Origin: Octopus vulgaris
Taxonomy: Eukaryota
Direction of reading: 5' to 3'
Assembly (NCBI GenBank): GCA_951406725.2
Contig: OX597814.1
Span: 152,458,001 to 152,522,000 of the forward strand
DNA: 64,000 nucleotides
Shown: in pieces, positions 1 to 13,870 of the stretch
Position numbering within the stretch: position 1 is the stretch's first letter
Layout of the letters: the number at the start of each line of letters is the position of its first letter
Program-made: the position numbers and the translations under genes
Notes under the pieces: model-generated
What the model saw: the letters and a program-made list of their open reading frames with translations, nothing else
Told to the model about the DNA's origin: nothing
Databases searched by the model: none

Positions 1-202
1 AATTTAACACTCAAATCTCCTTAAAATCACATCCCTCTGTCTTAAGGAAAGAACGACATTTTGAATCATGTAGATCTAGAGATATTGTCTTTATCTCTAG
101 TTATTTATCTGGCGATAAAGACAAGGAAACGAAATAACAAAAGCAGGTATGACGTAGACTAATGAAAATAAAGAAATGGTACAAAGTAAAGACAGTATCA
201 AG

Positions 203-476
203 ATATATATATATATATACTTATATATATATACATATATATATATACATATATATATACATATATATATACATTTTTATATATACATATATATATACAT
301 TTATATATATACATATATATATATATACATATATATACATATATATACATATATATACATATATATATACATACATATATATATACATATATATATATAT
401 ACATATATATATATACATATATATATATACATATATATATACATATATATATATACATATATATATACATATATAT

Positions 477-518
<42 letters not shown>

Positions 519-568
519 GTATATATATATATATATATATAAATACATATATATATATATATATATAA

Positions 569-619
<51 letters not shown>
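203..619. repeat. (TA)n/(TATATACA)n microsatellite
   Basis: Seen directly; source of the Y/I-rich ORFs. Confidence 0.97.
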
Positions 620-622
<3 letters not shown>

Positions 623-1134
623 GAATGTATATATTTTTCTATGTTTAAAGAAATAATAAAATACAAACTACATATAGAAAAAACAAAAGAAAAGGTGAAA
701 ATAAAAGCAATATGTGAAATCAAAGCGAAATTTCATAATATACTAAGGAAAAAAAATGGACAGAAACATATCTGTGTAGTCAGTTTCCCGAAAGACTAGA
801 CACTGAAACACTGTGTTAATATGGAGGCTAACAGTGACTGCAAATAAAATAATAAAACATTAATACCAACGGCAGTGTGAGCAATAAAGAAGCATTTGAC
901 TGCAACATTTCTAGCTAACAAATTCTTGCAAAAGCAGCCTATCTACAGTCTGGGCAATAAATAAGCTTGTATTTCTACATTAAAACTGAAAATATAAGGT
1001 ATCAATAAGCAATAACTTCAGTTAGTAATAATGACATGACTACGGCACTCTGGTACATGTCTCTGCAGACTAATAATAAGTTCTAACTTTTTGTTATCTT
1101 GTATTTCTGATGCTGGTTGTTCATGTTGAGAATA

Positions 1135-1330
1135 TTGGTTTTAAACTTTAGTACGAGGCCAGCAATCTCAAGGGTGTGGGTGAGTCGATTACATTGCTCC
1201 AAGTGTTCGACTGGTATTTATTTTTATCGACTCCGAAAGGATGATACGCAAATGCGACCTCGACGTAATTTAAACTCAGAGCATACGAAATGCCGCAAAG
1301 CATTTTGCCTGGTGTGTAGCTTTCTGCCTT
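1135..1330 (-). mobile_element. SINE family A, diverged
   Basis: Reverse complement of the family core. Confidence 0.7.
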
Positions 1331-1358
1331 AGTTATGATGTTAATATCCTCAGTTGGA

Positions 1359-1754
1359 AGGCAGTGAACTGGCAGAAACGTTAGCACGCCGGGCGAAATA
1401 CCTAGCGGTATTTCGTCTGCTGTTATGTTCTGAGTTCAAATTCCGCCGAGGTCGACTTTGCCTTTCATCCTTTCGGGGTCGATAAATTAAGTACCAGCTA
1501 CGCACTGGGTCGATATAATCGACTTAATACCTATGTCTGTCCTTTTTTGTCCCCTCTATGTTTAGCCCCTTATGGGTAATAAAGAAATAGGTATTTCGTC
1601 TGCCGTTACGTTCTGAGTTCAAATTCCGCCGAGGTCGACTTTGCCTTTCATCCTTTCAGGGTCGATAAATTATGTACCAGCTGTGTACTGGAGTCGATCT
1701 AATCGACTGGCCCCCTCACCAAAAATTTCGGGCCTTGTGCCTAGAGTAGAACAG
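1359..1754 (+). mobile_element. SINE family A dimer (tRNA-like head, GCCTTTCATCCTTTCGGGGTCGATAAA core)
   Basis: Two bodies joined at AAAGAAATA|GGTATTTCG; TSD AATATYCTCAGTTGGA at 1343-1358 and 1755-1770. Confidence 0.88.
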
Positions 1755-1771
1755 AATATTCTCAGTTGGAC

Positions 1772-1985
1772 AAAGCGGTGAGCTGGCAGAATCGTCAGCA
1801 TACCGGGAGAAATGTTTAGCTGCATTTCGTCCGTCTTTACATTCTGAGTTCAAATTCTTCAGAGTTTGGCTTTAATTTTACCCTTTCGGGGTTAATAAAA
1901 TAGCTACCAGTTAAACACCGGGATCGATATAATCGACTCACACCTCCTCCGAACTTACTGGCCTTGTGTCAAAATTTGAAACTAA
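1772..1985 (+). mobile_element. SINE family A
   Basis: GCGGTGAGCTGGCAGAATCG head and GGCCTTGTGTCAAAATTTGAAAC tail. Confidence 0.8.
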
Positions 1986-2339
1986 TATTAACATTATAAC
2001 TTATTAGGGGACAATTAGACTAGTGATGCGTATTACCTTATTTTGAGTACTAAACTGTTTTAAATATTAACCTAAAGCATCCACTATATTCCTTTTTAAT
2101 GTATTTTACTTTATGTAGTTCCATAATTCCTAATGATAAGTATGTATATTTTGTCTAAGACTAACTCTTCGGGAGAGAGAAAAGTCTTTTAGATCGTCCA
2201 TAGCATCGACCCCAAAAGAATGAAAGGTAAAGCTAGTCTCGGCAGAATTTGAACTCAGGACGCAATAGGTAGAAACAAATATACTTCAGGGGGAGTTTTT
2301 TTTTTAATCCCGTGTTCTAACCATTCTTCCAACACATAC

Positions 2340-3070
2340 AGCAGCAGCTGTGCTTCCAAAGGAAATGGATAACGTATACAATAAACAACGAAGTAAAAAG
2401 TTACAGATAAAAAGAAGTATTTCATTCCTAAATGAAATCAATATCAAAATTCAACAACTAAAATAATAAAAAAAAATAGGAGAGATAAGCTTTATATGAC
2501 AAAAAAAGTATGTGAATTCAAAAGAAGGCATAAAGCAATATATCCTCTCCAAATATAAAATATTTCATTGATATGGAAAGCGATAACGACTTTAGATAAA
2601 CAGATTTCAACTTCAAGCCAAAATTATTTAACCAAGAGCTAAGTAAAATTGAAAAAGAAATGAATTCAGTGCCAACAGCAACAATTCGGCGGAGGACTAT
2701 GAAGAAAGAAACAATCACTTTGACTAGTTTGTTGAAAACAACGAACATAGTACCAGAATAATTGTGACATGCTATCACATCACGAGAAGTAGTGCAGATG
2801 TTACAAAATGCAAAACAAGGAAGGAACCAATAAGAGCCTAAACTTCTAGTTTAAATATTTAGCAAATAAACATCAAACGGTAGCAGAGGTGTTTAATGAG
2901 GTACTGACAGACTCGGAAATAACGCTTGTCTGACTAACTGTGAGGAAAACCAAATTGTAAGTTATAGGCCTATAACTTGCTAACAACAGCTGCATTCGAC
3001 CTACAGGTGCATTCTAAGGATAAGCCCTTTCAACTGGAGGATACTCGCCACTCTCACCGGCATTTCGGCA
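2340..3070 (+). mobile_element. Very degenerate R4/Dong-like LINE ORF fragments
   Basis: A-rich coding-like strand with remnants YRPITC and GDTL(S). Confidence 0.45.
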
Positions 3071-3885
3071 ATGTAATAATAGTTTCTAACATACACACAT
3101 GGAAATAAATTTATGGAGAAGCAGGTTAGTCGTTAATATTAACCCATGTACTGAACTGCTATTTTATTTTATTAAGCCTGAAAGGATGAAAGGTGAAAGA
3201 GAGCTCAGCGAGAATTGAACTGAGATAAAGAGCTGGGGTAAATACATGTCCGATTCGTCAATCCGTCATTCATTTTCAGTAAATAAAGATTTCTTTTACT
3301 TTTTCTACATTTTAAACAGTTGCGTACTTGTTGCTCAAAATCAACCATTATCTCTTATGGCCTTCATATTCTGACATTTATATATATATATATATAGTGA
3401 CATTTCTACATTTATATAATTTGACTGAGAAAAAGACTCTTTTTGTCTCGTGGTGGAATATTATGCAGGTCGATTGTCACGGCCATAATATACAACTGCT
3501 ATTTACTTTATTAATGTAAAGATGTCGACATGAACGATATCTCTAACCCTAATGAGATTTAATGTATTTACTTATTTCTTTATTTGCTTTATCTGAAATC
3601 TAAACCACAATAAATCATGTAGTCTTGCACATTACTATGCACCATCTCAACGACCCTGATTCCTTTTAATATATTGTCTATTAAAAAGAGTTTCATATTC
3701 CAGAAACATCCGACTTGTTTTTTTAATCAGGACTCGCAAAGAAAACATCCATTTAACCAAAGATATATTACTAACTAATATATAGCTGCATAATATTCTT
3801 CAAAATCACTAGCCATACGATATTTTACGCCTGTTATTTTTGTTATTATAGCCTTGTCTACATGAGAGTTAGGTGGAAAGTTCTC

Positions 3886-4270
3886 AGGAGTGGCTGTGTG
3901 GTAAGTAGCTTGCTTACCAGCCACATGGTTCCGGTATCAGTTCCATTGCGTGGCACCTTGGGCAGGTGTCTTCTACTATAGCCTCGGGCCGACCAAAGCC
4001 TTATGAGTGGATTTGGTGAACGGAAATTGAAAGAAGCCCGTCATATATATGTATATATATATATATATGTGTGTGTGTTTGTGTGTCTATGTTTGTCCCC
4101 CCAACATCGCTTGACAACCGATGCTGGTGTGTTTACGTCCCCGTAACTTAGTGGTTCGGCTAAAGATACCGATAGAATAAGTACTAGGCTTACAAAGAAT
4201 AAGTCCTGGGGTCGATTTGCTCGACTAAAGGCGGTGCTCCAGCATGGCCACAGTCACATGACTGAAACAA
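3886..4270 (+). mobile_element. SINE family B (tRNA head, CORE-like CCTTGGGCAAGTG, internal TA/TG microsatellite)
   Basis: GGAGTGGCTGTGTGGTAAG...GCATGGCC...TGACTGAAACAA. Confidence 0.88.
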
Positions 4271-4766
4271 TACTCTTTGCGTAAGAGTATTCAGAAACAA
4301 TCGACATGTTTTTTAATCTGGACTCACAAGAAAGACATTCATTTAGCCAAACATATATTACTAACTAATATTTAGCAGCATAATCTTCAAAAACACTAAC
4401 CATACGATATTTTATGCCTGTTATTTGTGCTATTATAGCTTTGTCTACATGAGAGTTAGGTGGAAAGTTCTCATATCTTCACGAAAAACGTAGTCTTTGT
4501 AAAGCGAAAATATAATAGCATAATTCATCTTTTTGTATTTGTAGAAAAATTTATTCTAAAACCATCTGACCATAACAGTCGATAAATTTGTATGAAAGAA
4601 TCAGATAAGTATGTAAGCCTTTCATCTTAATTACTTTGATCTCTCTCTAAATGTATGCGTGTGTGTACGTACGTATATGCTTGCAAATATATGTATATGT
4701 GCGTGTGTGTGCATGTAGGTATAGGTATGTATATATTTATTATATGTATGTATATACATGCATGTT

Positions 4767-4840
<74 letters not shown>

Positions 4841-4875
4841 CGGACATATTTGTAGATACACACATGCATTCATAC

Positions 4876-4913
<38 letters not shown>

Positions 4914-5547
4914 GTGTGTGTGAGTGTGGAACTCAAAAAAACCTTTTATATGCCATTTTTCTTTAACACTTTAAATGGCTTGAGCAACTTCTATCATCGA
5001 TCAGGTAAAATTATATACTTTGCACATATAATAACAAATAACGGAAGAGTAGCTGAACTTAAAATTGAGAAAGGAAACAAAATGAAAGCAGTTATGGCGT
5101 TAGAAAACATATCAAAGGCAGTACCATCATAATTAAAACAAAATCAGAGTTTTTAACACTTTAACCAAAGGCGGAGGAACAAGCCCGTGCTATTTTCAGG
5201 TCCTTCTTGATTGATGGAAACGCATCCGACTGATCTTGTGCTTAAGCATCTGTTAATCAAAGCCAGTAGGCAAATGTGGGCAGAGGGAGAATGAGTGTTC
5301 TTGGAACAAAATAAATTTTATTAAAGACGCCCAAGAACCAGGTTACGACGTTAAACCGGAAAGACGTAACGAAAGTGAAATTAGCGTCACTAGCAACCCC
5401 TTGCTGGTCAGGCCTCCGCAGACTAGTTTCAGGGTATTTGCCTCTTATCAATGCAGAGCAGCCGAACCCAGCAGGCGTCGCTACTGACCGTCTGTCCGAA
5501 GAATTATCTACCTAAATTCAGTGGAATACATCCACTGGTTTTCAAAA

Positions 5548-5705
5548 ATAGAAATATTAATATTTCTAAGTCTCTCTAAAGGAGACTACGGCAGCGGTAC
5601 TGGATATTAATAGTTATCGCCATATTAGCTTGGCGATAACTATTAATATCCAGTGCCGCTGCCGTAGTCTCATTTACAGAGAATTAGAAATATTAATATT
5701 TCTAT
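5548..5705. repeat. Near-perfect ~158-bp palindrome
   Basis: Arms ...GAGACTACGGCAGCGGTACTGGATATTAATAGTTATCGCCA / TGGCGATAACTATTAATATCCAGTGCCGCTGCCGTAGTCTC... Confidence 0.93.
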
Positions 5706-5731
5706 AAATTCAAACTATGTTGTAAACATAT

Positions 5732-5935
5732 AAGGCTGCAAGTAGGCAGAATCGTTAGCACCTCAGACAAAATGCATAGCGGCCTTTTTTCCGGATCTTT
5801 TTGTTCTAAGTTCAAAATCCCACCGAGGTGAACTTTTTTTCGTCTCTTTGGGGGTCGATAAAATTAAGTACCAGTCAAGTACTGGGGTCGATGTAATCGA
5901 TTTGTCCCTCCCTTCAAAATTGCTTGCCTTGAACA
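5732..5935 (+). mobile_element. SINE family A
   Basis: Head, B-box-like GTTCAAA and core present. Confidence 0.75.
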
Positions 5936-6124
5936 CTGCAACGGACTAACGTCCTATTCAGATGTAATGTTGTGATCTCGTTCACTTATGTGCTCTAGAA
6001 ACCGAGTAACCAGCTTAATGAGTACTAGAACTCGAATACATTTATGAATATAATTCAGATAATTAGCGAAAATAGATACATCAAAGTTACAACGGTTAAA
6101 CCTGTCATTGCTTCAACCAAAATA

Positions 6125-6292
6125 TTGATTTCAAATTTTGGGACAAGACCAGCAATTGCGAGGGATGGTGAGGGGCAAATCGATAACCAAAAAGTAAAGT
6201 CGACCTCGGCGGAATTTGAACTCAGAGTCAGGCGAAACGCCGTTAAGCATTTTGCCTGGCGTTGCTAAAGATTCTGCCAACTCGCCGCCTTC
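6125..6292 (-). mobile_element. SINE family A, internally deleted
   Basis: AAAGTCGACCTCGGCGGAATTTGAACTCAGA...TCTGCCAACTCGCCGCCTT. Confidence 0.75.
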
Positions 6293-6406
6293 GCAATCAA
6301 CCAAAATATCAAAAACGCGAAGATATTAAACATTTGATAAATAAATCAAAAAGACATCTTTCTGTTATAACTCCATTCACATGTAAGATGTTTTATGGGA
6401 ATATAA

Positions 6407-6805
6407 CACCTTTTATGCTATAGGCAGAAGCCTTAAATTTTCGCGGGAGGAGACTAGTCGATTACACCGACCCTAGTGCTTGGCTGGTACTTATTTTATC
6501 GACCCCGAAAGAATGAAAGGCAAAATCGACCCAGGCGGAATTTGAACTCAGAATTTAAAGACGGACGAAATACCTATTTCTTTACTACCCACAAGGGGCT
6601 AAACACAGAGAGGACAAACAAGGACAGACAAACGGATTAAGTCGATTACATCGACCCCAGTGCGAACTGGTACTTAATTTATCGATCCCGAAAGGATGAA
6701 AGGCAAAGTCGACCTCGGCGGAATTTGAACTCAGAACGTAACGGCAGACGAAATACCGCTGAGCATTTCGCCCGGCAGGCTAACGATTCTGCCAGCTTGC
6801 CGCCT
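6407..6805 (-). mobile_element. SINE family A dimer
   Basis: Junction GACGAAATACC|TATTTCTTT near 6572; TSD TTTATGGGAATATAA at 6392-6406 and 6806-6820. Confidence 0.88.
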
Positions 6806-9043
6806 TTATGGGAATATAATATCGATTGCAGTACCTGACAGGTACTTGATCTTTTCGACAACTAAAGGATCGAAGATAAAGTTGAACTTGGCAGGATTTG
6901 ACTTTAAAATGTATAGGATTGTGTCTAAATCTTTCGAGTTCTTTTGGAGAACACTAACATTTCACTTAATCCAGTATTTCCCGTATTCACCGTTCGTAGT
7001 TAAACAATCTCGCTGACATTCTAATATTTTTGCTACCTAAAGTACGTTCCGAATCATTTGCTGATGCGAAAGAAAGAGAGACGACAATCGAGAGATAAAG
7101 ATAGAAAGAGATATATATGTGGAGATAGAGAGATAAATAGAAAGGGAGAAAATTCAAAGATAGGGACCTACAAAGCAGAAAAATCCATTATTTTTTCTGC
7201 TTCTCTTCCCTCTCTTCTTATTTAACTATCAACCAAGCGATAGTTGTCCAATAAGGCGCCATTATGGCTAACTAATAATAAACTTTACTCTGGTCAACTT
7301 TAGATAATCAACTGAGAAATACCTGTCGCCAAACCTAGTAATGATTTTTCCTTTGCCATCATCTTCATGTCATCAACAACATCAATACCACCACCATCAC
7401 CACTACCATTACCATCATCATCATTATTATCATCATCTTAGTTGTCGTCAGGGCATGTTGTCTCTAATGTTGTCATTATCATTAATATTCTCCCTCTCTC
7501 TTTCTCTCACCCCATTTTCGCATATTCTCTTATCTAAGATTTTGTGAATGTGTGTGTGTGTATGTATATATGTATGCGTGCATGTTTGTATGCAAACGTG
7601 TGTGCTATATGTGTATGTGTATGTGTCTACCAATATGTGAGTATGTCTGTATGTGAGTTTACCTATAAGAGAGCGTATATGAATGCGTGTAAATGATTGT
7701 GTATGCGACTACGTATTTGAAAATGTGCTTATATATATGTGTGTGTGTATGTGTGTATTTGTGTGGTGCGTGTGTGTGCACGTGTCTGCGTGTGAATTTC
7801 TGTATTTGTATGTGAGTCTATGTACGTGTATGTCTATGTGTGTGTATGTGTGCTGTATGTATGAGGGGATGTGCGCATAATCTCGCGTATATTTCTTTCT
7901 CTCTTCCCTTTATCATTTTCTTGCTTAATCTTCAAATGTTTTTGCAACAGTTCCTGGCAGTTAAATTAATGTTTAGGCACCATTTCTTCCAGTTGAATGA
8001 CCAGTTTATTTTCTGACATTTCAACAACAGACCAAAGAGCGCCATCTTCAGGAAAAAAAAAAACTTTCGCCATTTACCTTTTTTTTTGTGTGTGTATTTA
8101 TTTGATTCTTACTTCTGTGCTAGATTTCCTAACGCCATCTTGTGGCTATTACTTCAAGCTGAGAAACTACTTTCCTCTTTTTCTTTTTTTTTCTTTTTCA
8201 GTTTCTCTCTTTTATCACCGCCATTTTGTCACGCCCTATATCTCTTTTACTTTTTCTCCTCCACTTCTCTCTTTCTCACCCTCTACCTTTGTCCTTCTCT
8301 GACTCTTTCTCCCTTGCTCTCTCTCACGTTTTCTGCCTTTCTATCTCTCTCTTTTTCTCAATTTCCAAGCTATTTTCCAGAAAGACAGCACCAAATCCCC
8401 TATTGTCTTAATATTATAACAGAACTATTTTAATCACATTTCAAACAGACCCAGAAATTTTCTTAACGGCAAGTCAAAAACTACAAACAAACTATTTTTC
8501 AGAGATAGTTTAGGTATAACCACACTTGTTTAGATATATTTCGTACAATATATCCGTCATTCGTTCGCTCTCAGCAAATCTTTAACTCTGTATGTCTTTC
8601 AGTGTATTTAAATCTCTAGTTAACTTTCCTTTCGATTTTTTCCTTTTTTTATCCCATGGTCTATGTAGATTTGTATCTATGCAACCAACTTATCTCTTGT
8701 CTATTTATCTCGCAGAAACATATACCTCTAATCGCTTTGTCTATTTATAGCGCGCGCGTGCGAGTGTGTCCCATAAATAGATATCTCACTGATATAAGCT
8801 ACGTTACGTGCACGACTGACCGTGCCGAGACGTCAAACCTGCTTTTTATGTTTTAGTATATTGGCAGCTAAATACTTAAATACAAATTTATATTCCCACA
8901 TACTTTTGCTAACACCTCTACCGACTTCATTTTTGATAGAACGTCTGCATTTTATCATTTTATATCGTGGACTGTGGTTTGTGATGTTCATTATTTAAGT
9001 GATATATATATATATATATATACGTTTAAATATTTGTTGTGCA

Positions 9044-9428
<385 letters not shown>

Positions 9429-9949
9429 ACAGACATTAATAGATTAGAATATACCAAAAGGTGCATGGTATATACGGTTACTTCACGTGTGCGAATGACA
9501 GTGCCGAGACATCATTTCTGCTTTTATGTTTTCGAATGTTCACATAAAGATGTAATTTTCTTATTGGTCATTTAATTTTAGTTTGGAATAATTGCCTCCT
9601 AAATCCATTTTCCCATTAAAATCTCAAGAACTTCTCAGAATCATTATTAGAATGAAATTATGCTAACAATACTGCGTTGTTCGTTGCACGCTTTTCCGTG
9701 GATGGCAAACGATCATGGGAATACTGTTATAATTGTCAACACTGGATTTCGAAAATTATATAATGCATTTCTCCGTCAGAGATCATGATTTATTTTACGT
9801 TTGTTGTATCTGCGTAGTGAGATATTGTTTATATTTTGCAATTGCTAAGGCTTCCATAGTTATTCTCTTCATTTTTATGTAATTATATGCAAATCATAGT
9901 CCCCTCAACTAATATTTTTCCATCTTCCTTTATTTTGACTAAGTCCCTA

Positions 9950-11480
9950 CTCCTAATGACCTCAAATTGAGACCTATAATAGCAGTTCCCGCATGCGAAA
10001 CCCACCGCCTCAGTAACTTTTTAGATTCCCTCTTAAAACTATACCTCAAGCATATCAAAAGCTACATAAGGGACGACCAGGATATGCTTAATCACCTTCC
10101 TGAAACAATAAACAAAAACACCTTACTAGTATCCTTCGATGTAGTTAACTTCTATTCCAATATCCCCCACAAATTAGGAATAGCGGCAATTCAATTCCAG
10201 CTAGAGAATTACGCCAACGAACTCCCACATCGCATCAAAAAAGAATTCGTGATAGAAGGGCTATATTTATCTTGGAGAATAACTACTTCGTCTTCAAAGA
10301 CAACTTCTTTCGACAAAAATCGGTGATTGCGATAGGTACAAGAATTGTCCCCTCCTTTGCTAACCTAGTCATGGGATATCTAGAAATTAGTCTTTATCGT
10401 AAGGTACATAGAAAATAACTGGAAGAGACACCTGGGTGACTGTTTCATTCTTTGGCATGAAAGTATAGGGAAACTTAAAGAATTTCAAGCACTTATAAAT
10501 GGACTTGATGTAAACATTCAATTCATGATGGAATATAGCCATCAACAATTTCCCTTCCTCAACATTCTCATTAGGAAATCTAACACCATAATAGAAACAG
10601 ATATATACTATAAGGCCACGGTCTCCAAGCAATAGCTACTGTTCAACTCATGCCGCCCCAGACACACCATAATGAATATCCCCTTCAACCTAGCAAAAAG
10701 GATCTGTACTATAGTTTCTAATGCATGCACCAGAGACACACGACTACACGAACTAAAGGATGCACTCATCACCAGGAACTACCCACCTTCACTAATTGAC
10801 ATATGCTTTCAACGTGCCCTACAACTCAACATCCGCGAACTCAGACATCCCAAATTAAAGAAGGATTTTTACAGCCAAAAGCCCTACCATACATCTCCAC
10901 ACACAATCCTCTTAAAAATGAAGCCTTCGACACCATCCTTCAAAACATTCTCCTGCTAAAAAAGGACCACAGAATGAAATTAATCCTCCAATCACACATC
11001 ATCACAAAAAGCAAGAGACAGAGCAAATCTATTAAAAGTCTCCTAACACAAGCCCGAATACGTTCAACAGCAACACTGAAGCCGTCAGTAAAAAAATTTG
11101 GAAGACCCAACTGTGGAATATGCGTCAATTTAATTGAGGGATCAAAGTTCTCCTTCAAACAAGGACAACGTTTCACAGTGAAAAGCAGCTTCACATGTGC
11201 TTCGGAGAACCTGATATACATAGACCAAACAAAAAACAGTCTACGTCAAAGGATGGCTTTGCACAAATTCCAGATCAAAATTCCGAAAAACAGAAAAATA
11301 ACATTCAGCTAACACATCGACATTTGCGCTAACAAAAATCCAAGCTTCAGAATTTTACCCCTCTATCAATTCAGGGACGATACAACCTGTAGCCAACGAA
11401 TTAATAAAGAGTTGTTCTTTATCACAAAATACAGACCCCTTTTGAACGCATCTATAGCAAATGACATATCCACCACGGCC
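9950..11480 (+). mobile_element. Degenerate Penelope-like element (RT + GIY-YIG endonuclease; CxxC linker suggests Neptune type)
   Basis: RPII...SFDVVNFYSNIPH; NNYFVF...IAIGTRIVPSFANLVMG; degenerate YxDD (WKRHLGDCF); FPFLNILI...TDIYYK; NIPFNLAKRI; RPNCGIC; FTCASENLIY...DQTKNSLRQRM. Multiple frameshifts. Confidence 0.9.
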
Positions 11481-11884
11481 TTAGAATAACACAAATACAC
11501 ACGCAAATATTAAAATCGATACATTCAAAAGAGATACACAAGAATTCATTTAAAACAGTCCCAAGCACTGCTATAATCCACAACGATTCACTTATAGGTC
11601 ACTTGAACATTTAACATCCTACTACTATCATACCACTCCCGCATTCTTTTATTATTCTTTCTCTTCTTCTCCTTCGCCTTCTTCTTCGTCATCTTCTTCC
11701 TCTCCGCCACCTCCTTCCTTACTTTACGAGTTTTAACATCTTCTAAAACAGATGTCCTCTATAGACCAGTCAAGTGTTCCAAATGTCGCTCCAATTACAG
11801 GTTAGGTTTGTCTGTCGAGCACTAGGGCTTAAATGGCAGAGACTTAACTCGGTTTCACTGGTGTATTACTGAGGTTACAACACT

Positions 11885-12083
11885 CCCTCCTGGACGGGAC
11901 GCTGGTTGGTCTCAAGGTTAACTTCCCAGCTGCAACTGAAACTCGTCTTTAGCTGATTAGACTGCAGTAACATGAAATGAAGTGTCTTGCTCAAAAACAC
12001 AACGTACAACCCAGTCCGGGGATCGAAACCACGCTCTTGCGATCGTGAATGCAACACTCTAACCACTAGATCACGTATTTTCA
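11885..12083 (-). mobile_element. SINE family C (tRNA head, CTTGAGCAAGACACTTCATTTCA core)
   Basis: A/B boxes (GGTTTCGATCCC) and CORE-like segment on the minus strand. Confidence 0.78.
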
Positions 12084-13034
12084 CATAATCAAATGTATCG
12101 CGAGATATTGTTTTGCAAGAAGAAAGTTCCGACTACGATATGATTGTTAGAGTTTAGTATATTAGTCTTCGGTTACTTTATCTATGATAGCAGCACCTTT
12201 GTATGATATATTTCCATTAAAAGCTTGATATTTATAGTTCACATTGTCAGAAACAGAGGAAAATAGAGACCATCCATAGGAAACAATTTTTTTATGCGCT
12301 CAACTATCAAATATGAACATGTCTTTAGGCCGAATTCCATCTCTATATCATCTAAAAATGTTATTAAATCCAGCTGTTTCTCAGCAATCTAAATATTTCC
12401 AGAATAGATTTTTAGATGGTCCGCAAATAAATTGAGTTACATTAGTAAGTCTAACACATACATAACGGCTGGACTTTTATGAAAAAAGGCCAGTGGCTTT
12501 GTTCCCGAAATAAACAGAAGTATGTATGTTTATATATATGATTGTATGGATTATGGTGATAGGTAGGTAGGAATGGTGATAAGTGGGTGAGTGGTGGCTT
12601 AGTAGGTAGGTTAATAGGTAGGTATGTAGGTAGGTTGAGAGCGAGGGAGGGAGGTAAGAATTTCATAGATACACGGGTAAGTATGGGTAAGCGAATTGGT
12701 ACCTGGGTGTGCACGGATGGCTATGAAGTATGTAAGTAGATACGTAAATATTTGGTAGGTAAACTGGTGGGCATATTCCCGCGTTGTGATCTATAGTGAC
12801 TCGGTCTCTCAACGAACTAATAGGGAAGCGTTTGTGCAGAGGCTCGATGTACAAGAAATGGCAACCGAATCGCCCTCAAAACATAACCTACTGTCTTTAA
12901 AAAAAGGATGTGTCCCTTAAATAATGCAGTTCTAGAAACACTATCTGAAAAAAAAATCTGGATGATCACAACTAAAATGCTTAGTTACGATATTGAATAT
13001 ATTGACTGAGTATTGTCCATGCTTGCACTAGGTA

Positions 13035-13248
13035 CAGTAATCCCTCGACTATCGCGGGTGTTACATTCCAAAACACCCCGCGATAGGTGAAAATCTGCGA
13101 AATAGAAACAGCACTGTACTGTATATTTTTTTTAATAATTTGTATATATTTATTTTGATATAAATGCAAAACAACGCCATGGAGTAATCGGCGTATGCTT
13201 AAATGATAAACCGCGATAGGTGAACCGCGATATGGCGAGGGATTACTG
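13035..13248. mobile_element. Tigger/pogo-type MITE (214 bp)
   Basis: TIRs CAGTAATCCCTCG / CGAGGGATTACTG flanked by TA; internal CCGCGATA repeats. Confidence 0.9.
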
Positions 13249-13437
13249 TATATACATTTACATTTAATTCTTAATTGGCTCAGTACACTTAGCTGTAAAT
13301 AGGTACGAATTTTAGATATGGCCAACGTACCTTTATATAACACCACAAAAACAAGCTTTATGGATGAGTATGATCCATATCTCCAAAATAATTTAAATTT
13401 CACTCGATAGTTTTCTATTCGATTGATCGATCAATCG

Positions 13438-13870
<433 letters not shown>

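Noticed and set aside
162-723. Y/I/H/T/C/V-rich ORFs here and at 4627-5132, 13415-13897, 16723-17037, 34260-34856, 38076-38916, 44441-44829 and 58139-59523
   Set aside because: Translations of stop-free microsatellites.
767-824. Possible third hammerhead (CATAT-CTGTGTAG...GAAACACTGTGTTAATATG)
   Set aside because: Core box and stem II are too degenerate to support.
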